A DNA stretch of 64,000 nt, taken from Macrostomum hystrix. Lineage: Eukaryota; Animalia; Platyhelminthes. Within the stretch, counting starts at the first letter, position 1, and each line of letters opens with the position of its first letter. The position numbers and the translations under genes are program-made. The stretch spans positions 12,400,001 to 12,464,000 of the forward strand of contig CATNEN010000003.1 in the NCBI GenBank assembly GCA_950097015.1, in the 5' to 3' direction. The notes under the pieces are model-generated. The model did no database searches and had not been told where the DNA came from. It worked only from the letters and a program-made list of their open reading frames with translations. Of the stretch, positions 31,601 through 43,600 are shown piece after piece.

Positions 31601-34600
31601 CATATCCAAAAATCCCTAATTCCGAATCCCAATCATCCCTAACCTTATGACCCAGTAATCCCTAACAACATATCCAAAATTCCCTAATTCCGAATCCCAA
31701 TCATCCCTAACCTTATGACCCAGTAATCCCTAGCAACATATCCAAAAATCCCTAATTCCGAATCCCAATCATCCCTAACCTTATGACCCAGTAATCCCTA
31801 GCAACATATTCAAAAATCTCTAATTCCGAATCCCAATCATCCCTAACCTTATGACCCAGTAATCCCTAACAACATATCCAAAAATCCCTAATTCCGAATC
31901 CCAATCATCCCTAACCTTATGACCCAGTAATCCCTAACAACATACCCAAAAATCCCTAATTCCGAATCCCAATCATCCCTAACCTTATGACCCAGTAATC
32001 CCTAACAACATATCCAAAAATCCCTAATTCCGAATCCCAATCATCCCTAACCTTATGACCCAGTAATCCCTAACAACATATCCAAAAATCCCTAATTCCG
32101 AATCCCAATCATCCCTAACCTTATGACCCAGTAATCCCTAACAACATATCCAAAAATCCCTAATTCCGAATCCCAATCATCCCTAACCTTATGACCCAGT
32201 AATCCCTAACAACATATCCAAAAATGCCTAATTCCGAATCCCAATCATCCCTAACCTTATGACCCAGTAATCCCTAACAACATATCCAAAAATCCCTAAT
32301 TCCGAATCCCAATCATCCCTAACCTTATGACCCAGTAATCCCTAACAACATACCCAAAAATCCCTAATTCCGAATCCCAATCATCCCTAACCTTATGACC
32401 CAGTAATCCCTAACAACATATCCAAAAATCCCTAATTCCGAATCCCAATCATCCCTAACCTTATGACCCAGTAATCCCTAACAACATATCCAAAAATCCC
32501 TAATTCCGAATCCCAATCATCCCTAACCTTATGACCCAGTAATCCCTAACAACATATCCAAAAATCCCTAATTCCGAATCCCAATCATCCCTAACCTTAT
32601 GACCCAGTAATCCCTAACAACATATCCAAAAATCCCTAATTCCGAATCCCAATCATCCCTAACCTTATGACCCAGTAATCCCTAACAACATATCCAAAAA
32701 TCCCTAATTCCGAATCCCAATCATCCCTAACCTTATGACCCAGTAATCCCTAACAACATATCCAAAAATCCCTAATTCCGAATCTCAATCATCCCTAACC
32801 TTATGACCCAGTAATCCCTAACAACATACCCAAAAATCCCTAATTCCGAATCCCAATCATCCCTAACCTTATGACCCAGTAATCCCTAACAACATATCCA
32901 AAAATCCCTAATTCCGAATCCCAATCATCCCTAACCTTATGACCCAGTAATCCCTAACAACATATCCAAAAATCCCTAATTCCGAATCCCAATCATCCCT
33001 AACCTTATGACCCAGTAATCCCTAACAACATACCCAAAAATCCCTAATTCCGAATCCCAATCATCCCTAAACTTATGACCAAGTAATCCCTAACAACATA
33101 TCCAAAAATCCCTAATTCCGAATCCCAATCATCCCTAACCTTATGACCCAGTAATCCCTAACAACATATCCAAAAATCCCTAATTCCGAATCCCAATCAT
33201 CCCTAACCTTATGACCCAGTAATCCCTAGCAACATATCCAAATATCCCTAATTCCGAATCTCAATCATCCCTAACCTTATGACCCAGTAATCCCTAACAA
33301 CATATCCAAAAATCCCTAATTCCGAATCCCAATCATCCCTAACCTTATGACCCAGTAATCCCTAACAACATATCCAAAAATCCCTAATTCCGAATCCCAA
33401 TCATCCCTAACCTTATGACCCAGTAATCCCTAACAACATATCCAAATATCCCTAATTCCGAATCTCAATCATCCCTAACCTTATGACCCAGTAATCCCTA
33501 GCAACATATCCAAAAATCCCTAATTCCGAATCCCAATCATCCCTAACTCGTATACCAATAATCCAGAAAGCAAAATCTAGAAATTCCGAAAAAGAACTAT
33601 AACCTAAAGTGATAAACTTTCTTATGTCAATTACTAATATACTCAAATCCCAATCATTCCTGTCGAGAAATCCCAATATTTCCTATTCCCCCAATTCACA
33701 AACAATAAAAAGTAATTCTCACTTGATCATCGGATGGACCCATAGCAACAACAAAAGCAGCTGCAAGCCTTAGCCAGTTCAAATCAGCCTTCCAATCGAT
33801 CCTGGCCAATCGCCGATGCAGTCCACTAGGCGGCAACTCCAGTCCGTAGGCCAGGTCCAAACGCAGCATCTTACCGCAAGGCTGATTTGAACTGTCATCG
33901 TCCAGACAGGCAAACAGCCAACCAGAATCGTCAGCAACCCTGCTGCCATCCAGTAGGAACACCGCCGACTGACCTTCTGGCAGCAGCGAACCGGACCCGG
34001 CCGGCCGGGCTATTCTAAGAAACACCGGCTTAGCCAATCGATCGCGTTCAAATCGAAACGACCTCTGTCTCTGGTCGGATAAGTCGCGATAGAACCAGCT
34101 GTTTGAATCGCTAGATCCGGCAGCGTCGAATCCGATTGTTGGCAAAGCAAGCGACGGAGCTGATGGCAAAAGTCTTCGACGAAATTCCGAGGCAATGAAC
34201 ACTGGATCGGACGAATTGATGACGGAGAATAAGGCTTTGCAGATGGCTATGACCAATTGTTTGCACCAAACAATGCAACGGTGATCAGTGGAGGCCCAGG
34301 CATTCTTTATGTGACTAGCGGAAGCCCACATGGCATTGCGGGCCAGTGCCAAGCCTTGATCGATTCTAGTTAGCGGCAGGGCCACCTCGTGGTCGCGATC
34401 TCCGCCGCCGATCGATATAAGAGTCACGTGACCCAGGGCGGTGGCCTTGTGCCGCCGCCAATAGTCGTTCATCTCGGCATAGAATTTGTCCATCTGACTG
34501 TCACAGTTCAACACTGTCGGGGATGGCAGGGAGGGCTGTTTGGCTAAAATTCAATCCTCTCAGTGCCCATCAATGTGTTTCTTTGAGACTTCGATTTCGC

Positions 34601-37600
34601 TTCCTCCTGACACTCTTAGCTCCCAATTTAGATTCCTACTGACAATTTTAGATTTTACTGACGATTTTTGATTCCTACTGACAGTTTTAGATTCCTTACT
34701 GACAGTTTTAGATTCCTTACTGACAATTTTAGATTCCTACTGACAGTTTTAGATTTTACTGACGATTTTTAGATTCCTACTGACAATTTTAGATTCCTAC
34801 TGACAATGTTAGATTCCTACTGACAGTTTTAGATTTTACTGACGATTTTTAGATTCCTACTGACAGTTTTAGATTCCTTACTGACAGTTTTAGATTCCTT
34901 ACTGACAATTTTAGATTCCTACTGACAGTTTTAGATTTTACTGACGATTTTTAGATTCCTACTGACAGTTTTAGATTCCTTACTGACAGTTTTAGATTCC
35001 TTACTGACAATTTTAGATTCCTACTGACAGTTTTAGATTTTACTGACGATTTTTAGATTCCTACTGACAATTTTAGATTCCTACTGACAATGTTAGATTC
35101 CTACTGACAGTTTTAGATTTTACTGACGATTTTTAGATTCCTACTGACAGTTTTAGATTCCTACCGACAATTTTAGATTCCTACTGACAGTTTTAGATTC
35201 CTACTGACAGTTTTAGATTCCTACCGACAATTTTAGATTCCTACTGACAATTTTAGATTCCTTCTGACAATTTTAGATTCCTACTGACAGTTTTAGATTC
35301 CTATTGACAGTTTTAGATTCCTACTGACAATGTTAATTCCTACTGACAATTTTAGATTCCTACTGACAATGTTAATTCCTACTGACAATTTTAGATTCCT
35401 ACTAACAATTTTAGATTCCTACTGACAATTTTAGATTCCTACTGACAATTTTAGATTCCTACTAACAATTTTAGATTCCTACTGACAATTTTAGATTCCT
35501 ACTGACAATTTTACATTCCTACTGACAATTTTACATTCCTACTGACAAATTTACATTCCTACTGGCCGTTTTAGATTTCTACTGACGCTAGTAGCTTAAT
35601 GCGGAGAATCTTATATTCTCTCTGAATTTCTTTCTCACTAAATCGCAAGCATCTTTCCGATTTTTTTGATCATTTTCCTGACACTTACGCAAATTACGCT
35701 CTTAATAATTCTTGTGTCACGAAGGCCCAATAAAGCAGATTTTAAGAGACAAATTTCACGCACACACACAAAAACGGATAAGGAAAATTGTGACGGCACC
35801 AATCGATCAATTGAAGAAGAAAATATTGCGGAACGAACAACCTTATACCTATATACGTAGTCGGTCATAAATGTCACGCGGAAAAACGACAGACGCCCCT
35901 AGCAACTAGCACAGGAATCAGCGAATTCCGCCACACAGACAGACACACACCAAAAAGCAGATTTGTAGCAAAAACATGATAATAATGGCACTGTAAGAAA
36001 TGTTCCCAATTATTAATAACAAATCATTATCGCAAGCATCAATTTAGACTAATAAACAACATGGTGCAGAAGTTACAGTGTAAAATATAATCGCAGAACT
36101 CATCTATCAGGCTTATACCCATCAAAAACTGCATATGTGACAAGTTTTGTCAGTAATATCAAGTGTTACACTGAAACGCATAGGATATCTGATATAAACA
36201 GGTTGCCTCCCGAAGCCACCCTAAACACAATGTCCACTGTGACATCAAGGCATTAGTAAGTTTAGTCCGAAGAAACCATTTTCTAAAGTTATATAGATGA
36301 AGCCATGCCTATATATCTAGCGAATAATGCCATGGAGACTTATGAAATTCAATGCCTTCGGAGCTGTTTACAAGATCTTACATAAGGGAAAGATTGTTTA
36401 GCTTACTTTCATGAGGATGAAATCATGTAAACACAAATATACACACAACTAGACTCCCTTCCCCTAATACTTGAAATCTGTTTCGGACTAGCCAGATACA
36501 ATAAACATTATTAAACAAAAAGTCATTTTGTAACATCTCTTTTACACACACTTAAAAAAGAGATGAAGCAAGAAGAGAAGAAGCAGAACCTTTTTTGGTT
36601 GTTTGGAATTCCAGTCGTCTAGAAGATTCCTTTTTTCCCAAGCTGCGCTGCCAATGGGATATCGTAAAATCTATCTTGTTTCTAAGGCCCATTGAAGCGA
36701 TGAGAAATCGATACCCCCCGGCCCAACATTAGAACCCTAGCCTAGAAACGAAGGAAGTGACTGCCCGCAATGTCCTCCGTTTACTAAAAAATGTCTCCCA
36801 TTTACTAGTAAAAGAGTTATAAAACATTTCCATCTGATTCCTTCATCAGTTTGACTCTTAACCAGCCATAGCAACAAGAAACTAAGCAATGATTTCCAGT
36901 GTGTGTGTGTGTGCAACGCCGGTTGAAATATCACGAAAAATGATTTCATTCCCAAGATTTCATAAGGGACAGTTGCTTTAAAAAAGAGAATAAATTTTAC
37001 AGATTTTTCTAGAGATTTAAAGTTGTTGAATTACTCGAAAGTTTAATTATTCAAATAGGTCAAGTGTTCGATTCTCAGGACAGGACAGTCCACGGACTGA
37101 CTGTGTAGTCAGTCCAGGGGGTTGTAGCCTAGTGGTTAGAGTGTCGGATTAACGACTATAAGGTTGGGGGTTCGATTCCCGACTCCACTGGAACAATTTG
37201 TGTTCTTTGGCAAGGCACTTAACTCTGTTCACCCAGCTGTTAAATAGGTGGGTGTGGCGTCCCCCCAGTCCATGGACTAAAGACGGAATTTGGTTGGTTC
37301 TGTTATAAAGAAATAAAATATCAGACATGCACTTTTCTGACATATACACGTTGCCTAACAAGTATTTCAACACATATCGGCAAGTAAATGTAGACATTAG
37401 AAATTAGAAAAACGACCCTCCACCAGTCCGAAATGAAGATTTCCAACTCATTGAATTCGATCGCTCAGTTCTTATTGGCTCTCGGATTGTCAAGGAAATG
37501 CCGCCAACTTTATCCAACCAATAGGAGATCAGCCCGTTACAATAGCAACTGGGCTCGCTAACTGTCTTCTTCTTTTGATTTAAAAAGCAGAAAAAAATAT

Positions 37601-40600
37601 AAACCGAGCAAAATAAGATTTCTCACCTGGTTTCTGGTGCGGAGCAGCTAAGGTGATAATTAGTCGCACGCGGCCTCGATCGAATTCTTCTAGGGACATC
37701 ACGTGACGCGCAACTAAGCCGCCCTGAGGTGTAACAGGTGTGACAGGTGAAAGAAGGCATGTATAGAATGCACAATAAGGCAGGCAATTCTGCGGCTACT
37801 GCTACTAGTACGGCACGTGTTGGCGGAAACGGCGGCGACTACAAACGAAAGGTAAGACTTATTTCAGTATTTTAAATCACAATTTATCAATTCAGAGACA
37901 CTTTTCTTGCATCATGTATAGAACCAGGTTATTGTTTTTTTATCGCTCGAATCTAGTTTTTTACAGTATGTTTAGGATTCCTAGTCCCTAATAACAGACT
38001 CAAATTGTCTCAGAAAATAGAGTCGATAGCTAATATAGGGAGCGATGAGACTGGGGAGCGATGAGACTGGGGAGAGATTAGACATGGGAGAGATAGACAG
38101 AGGAGAGATCAGAAAGGAGAGAGATTATACAGGAGAGAGAATAGACAGAGGAAAGATAAGACAGAGGAGAGATAAGACATGCAGAGGAGAGGTAAGACGG
38201 AGGAGAGATAAGACAGGGGAGAGATAAGACAGAGGAAAGATAAGACAGAGGAGAGATAAGACAGAAGAGAGGTAAGACAGAGGAGAGATGAGACAGGGGA
38301 GACTTAAACAGATTAGATGAGACAGGGGAGATAAGACACGGCAGAGTTCAGACACGAGAGCGATCAGACACCAAAAGAGATGTGACACGGCATGGAAGGA
38401 AGAAGAAAGGCAGTATGATTTGCGGGCCGTATCATGGCTCGGGCGCCAGGCAACCCCTGCACTCGATTTATAAAGTGACCCGCTAATATAAACAAAGAAC
38501 TAACCCATTCCAGAATGTTAAATTAAAATTTAGATCAGCATTTTATTCGCATTGCAGTGACAAAACAAATTAACATCAAACATCTGGCTATCATTGTTCG
38601 ATACTTTATTTAAACAAAGCCGATTGCATAACCAAGCCATACATACATATTAACAGCAGCTATACAGGTGCGGGATTTTCAAAGTTTCTCTCATTTCAAA
38701 AGCATCGCACAGATTTTGGGAGGTGGCCCAACCTTTCAAGAGAAACCAAAAAATCAGGAAATTCCACCTGTCAAAAAAGTATTCAGGCAAAAAATTCATT
38801 GTTTTCTTTAACAGGAAAGAAACTGAAAATCTGTTTTAGCTTCCCGAGAGACACGCGAGCGAACTGACCATAGACAGCTTAGTTTAACTTTATGCCCGTG
38901 TAATTTCAAAATTCCCATGGGATTTCAAACGCGTTTCTTTTTTGTAACCAAATCCATTTTTGTAAGTTTTCAGCCAAGCTTCTTTAGCAATACCGCAAGC
39001 ACATACCATCCAGTTAATAACAATTATTCTAAAAGCTGCACCTTCACGGCTATAGCAGGTTGGTCATCTTGTTAAACTTCATCCTAAAATTCTCCTGGGA
39101 TTCTGTTAGTCCCATTCTCCCATTCTCTCGTCTTCTAACACAGAAACTGAAGCGACAAGAAGGTGGCTAAGAAAATGATTACAGGGGGAAATGTGGTGTA
39201 ACGTGTTTGTTTAAGTCAGGAATGAAAGGGCGGGTGTTCTAATAATGGTAGAATCGGATAGAGATAAAAGAGCTTCTTGCCTAGAATCTGCTTCCTAGCG
39301 TCTCCCGTTTCTCTTTAACTGTTAAAAAGCCTATGCAAGAGATAGCATCCCCGGCCTCAGCAGTCAGCGTCATGATATGAACCTGAATCCCGGCCTGTGC
39401 CTCTAGAGATTGCCAGTTTCTGGGGCGGCAACTTAAGAGACTTGAAAAGTAATCCGATCTATTGGCGCCGCTCTGCCCTAGTGTCAAAAGTGATTTCCCC
39501 TTTACCAGAATAAAAGATGGTATATTTATATATGCTGCCCTGCAACTGATGCGGGCCAGACAGTAAGAATTCAGCTGCATATAGTGTGGTAAATTATGAT
39601 TTCCTATACACACTACTTAACTCCCAATACTTCGTTTAACTTTCTTAATGATAATTATGTTATCAGTTGATTGCCTTTCAAAGCAGGGAGTTGTAGACTA
39701 GTGGTTATAGCGTCGGACTTACGACATGGAGGAGGTCGGAGGTTCGATTCCCCACTCCACAGGAACAATTGTGCCGTTTTACTTTATTAAGTACATGAAA
39801 GTGAATTTCACCAAAAAAGCGTCTACCGCCTCAATCACAGGACTATGCCAGAACGCCGAAATGTGCCCGCTGCCGCAATCACGGCGTTATTTCGTGCCTC
39901 AAGGGCCACAAAAAACTTTGCACCTGGCGCGACTGCTGCTGTCCCAGCTGCCTGCTGGTTGTTGAACGACAGAAAGTTATGGCCGCACAAGTCGCTTTGA
40001 GACGGTGAGTTGTCGTATAATGCACTCAACTGCTTTTATTGCCTGCTTTCCATTATTCTTTGCTTGTTTTTCTTTCTCCACATCACTCTCTTCTTAAGAT
40101 TATTTGCCACCCCTCTCTCCCCCCTCATCTTTATTTCTCCACCATCTCTCTGCCCTCATTCTTGTTTCTCCACCCTCTCTCTCCCCTAATTCTTGTTTCT
40201 CCACCCCCTCTCTCCCCTCATTCTTGTTTCTCCACCCTCTCTCTCCCCCCTCATCTTTATTTCTCCACCATCTCTCTGCCCTCATTCTTGTTTCTCCACC
40301 CTCTCTCTCCCCTAATTCTTGTTTCTCCACCCCCTCTCTCCCCTAATTCTTGTTTCTCCACCCTCTCTCTCCCCTAATTCTTGTTTCTCCACCCCCTCTC
40401 TCCCCTCATTCTTGTTTCTCCACCCTCTCTCTCCCCTCATTCTTCTTTCTCCACCCTCTCTCTCCCCTTATCGTTCTTTCTCCACCCTCTCTCTCCCCTC
40501 ATTCTTGTTTCTCCACCCCCTCTCTCCCCTCATTCTTCTTTCTCCACCCTCTCTCTCCCCTAATTCTTGTTTCTCCACCCCCTTTCTCCCCTTATCGTTC

Positions 40601-43600
40601 TTTCTCCACCCTCTCTCTCCCCTTATCGTTCTTTCTCCACCCTCTCTCTCCCCTCATTCTTGTTTCTCCACCCCCTCTCTCCCCTCATTATTCTTTCTCC
40701 ACCCTCTCTCTCCCCTAATTCTTGTTTCTCCACCCCCTTTCTCCCCTTATCGTTCTTTCTCCACCCTCTCTCTCCCCTTATCGTTCTTTCTCCACCTTCT
40801 GTCTCCCCTCATTCTTGTTTCTCCACCCCCCCTCTCCCCTTATCGTTCTTTCTCCACCCTCTCTCCCCTCATTCTTGTTTCTCCACCCTCTCTCTCCCCT
40901 CATTCTTCTTTCTCCACCCTCTCTCTCCCCTTATCGTTCTTTCTCCACCCTCTCTCCCCCTTATCGTTCTTTCTCCACCCTCTCTCTCCCCTTATCGTTC
41001 TTTCTCCACCCTCTCTCCCCCTTATCGTTCTTTCTCCACCCTCTCTCTCCCCTTATCGTTCTTTCTCCACCCTCTCTCCCCTCATTCTTGTTTCTCCACC
41101 CCCTCTCTCCCCTCATTCTTCTTTCTCCACCCCCCCTCTCCCCTCATTCTTCTTTCTCCACCCTCTCTCCCCCTTATCGTTCTTTCTCCACCCTCTCTCT
41201 CCCCTTATCGTTCTTTCTCCACCTTCTGTCTCCCCTCATTCTTGTTTCTCCACCCCCTCTCTCCCCTCATTCTTCTTTCTCCACCCTCTCTCTCCCCTCA
41301 TTCTTCTTTCTCCACCCTCTCTCTCCCCTTATCGTTCTTTCTCCACCCTCTCTCCCCCTTATCGTTCTTTCTCCACCCTCTCTCTCCCCTTATCGTTCTT
41401 TCTCCACCCTCTCTCCCCTCATTCTTGTTTCTCCACCCCCTCTATCCCCTCATTCTTCTTTCTTCACCCTCTCTCTTCCCTCATTCTTGGTTCTTCACCC
41501 TCTCTCCCCCTCATCCTTCTTTCTTCACCCAAATAATAAGAATGAATGTCATAATTTATCCGATTACTGTTTAATAAGGAACACGATAAAAATGTAAACA
41601 AGAACGTTTGATTAATTGGTAGATTTAAAAAGGTCAGCTAAATCATTACGGCTATTTAGATTCGGTCAGTAAAGCGCAAAGGTGCAGATATGCTCATACT
41701 AATGATAAAACGACAAACAGAGAAAGTTAAATACAAAGCCGCAAACGACGAGATCAATGAAGCATAATCAACTTCGTCGATACCAGTTAGTAGAATAATA
41801 TTGAACCAGCCTTTTAATAGTTTGATTATCCAATGCGGCAGACTAAAATTGCTAGTGGCTTGTTCCATTCTGACTGCTTCGTGATCCAATGTCCAGTTGG
41901 TGTACGATGCACTTGGCTAATCTAAGCACTTGATTCGCTTTTATTTTGAATTTGATTTCATTTAACTACTTTTCTAATTTTTTTTCATTTCTATACGTTT
42001 CATTCATTTACTACCATAGACAGTAGAAGGGAAGGTGAATTTTACGAAATGTTTTTTTCTCTACCAACGTTCTTGTTCAAAACTGACTATCAAATGCCAT
42101 AGACGAAGTTTTTTCAAACTTAGCCAGATAAATCAATCAATCAATTGATGAATTAGAATAGACCAACAATCGTAGATAAATGCAAAAACACGTACACTAA
42201 TCAGTTTCTTTTAAATGATAGTTGGCAGTTGTGTATATTAGAACATGAATGAATACAGATCTGCAATACTACATGACAGTTTGGTGAAGGCTAAGGCAGC
42301 ATGCTAGTTTATTATCGTTTCCTTCTAATTAACCAAAGATCTGAACAACAAATTACGCTTCAGACGGCACACATACCAAAGAAAGATTTCTTTTTTGTAC
42401 ACACACGGTAAACACTAGCAATGGCATCAGAAGCATGCATCAATTTCGCCTCCCCCCTGTGTAAGCTAATTGACTCTTCTGCTACACTGACGAAAATATC
42501 AAGAATTTAGCAAAGATAAAATAAGAAAGATGGCAAGGCTAAAAGCTTTTTTCCTCCAACTAATTTACATAACTATACATCTACGCCTGCAGGCGGGCTT
42601 GCAGATTGGTCATAAGATATACATCTGCATATCTTACGCTAGCAAATTCATTACAATACAATATACACTGATGTCATCACGACAACTGTTTCAAAATACA
42701 GTCAGATTTTATGCTAGAACGTATAGTAGTAGAAAAACTAAAACAAAAACAAGATATTGATTTTTCTCTATTTCTCTATTTTCAATTTATAGCAAAGTCT
42801 TTTATCTTGCATTTCATCAGCATCAGCATCAGATGTATAGTATAGTTTTCGAAACAATTTTTGCCAACGTTTCATGCCTAATATGCATAAATTATAAACA
42901 CTAGAGCATCTGCTAACCCATACAGATATAGGTTCCTATTGAAAATGAAATTTGGAAATTTTCTAGATAGTTTCGATTCAAGATAAACAAAATGAATTTC
43001 TATAGGAGAAACTTTTTAGGCGGAATTTAACAGAGAATTAGATGATTATAGACAAGTTATTTCAGCAATCACAGTAGCCCATTTTCACTCTTTAAATCTC
43101 ACTCTACCTCTCTGTATCTCACTCTACCGCTGTCACTCTAATTGTCTTACTCTCGCGTAATGCTTTTTCGATTAAAACCATTAAAGCAGTTTTTCAATTC
43201 ACCACAGGCACCAGACAAATCAAGAAGAAGACGATTCAGACAACGTCAACTCGTCTGGCGGTGGCGTTGTTACTGACGATGCCAACAGCAAAAAGAAGTC
43301 GCCGTTTTCCGATAAGAACGCGAAGAGTATGCAGCAGTACAGTCACAGCAAGCAAGTGCTGCACAGTGAGTGTCCATAATTCTTTTTGGTCGATTATTAA
43401 TTTAAATAATACTAAGCGATAGCGTGTCCGCTTCTTATGCGAAGGCCATCGACCTCAAATATGCGGTGAGGCCACAGCCAGAGAACTTTTTGCGGCCTTT
43501 TGTAAAGTATTTACGCCCAAGAGGTGTTTATGGTTACTTTTAAAATTTTTGAAGGATAGCTGCGTGCAATGGCACATCGTTTGGTAACGTTAGACCATTC

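Noticed and set aside
35589-35990. Possible Helitron or other non-autonomous element (CACAGACAGACACAC motif)
   Set aside because: No diagnostic termini or second copy visible in the window.
43417-43465. Extra Dmrt exon (AG..CG|gtgag)
   Set aside because: It would change phase 1 to 2 and break the frame; 43365 joins 44155 directly.
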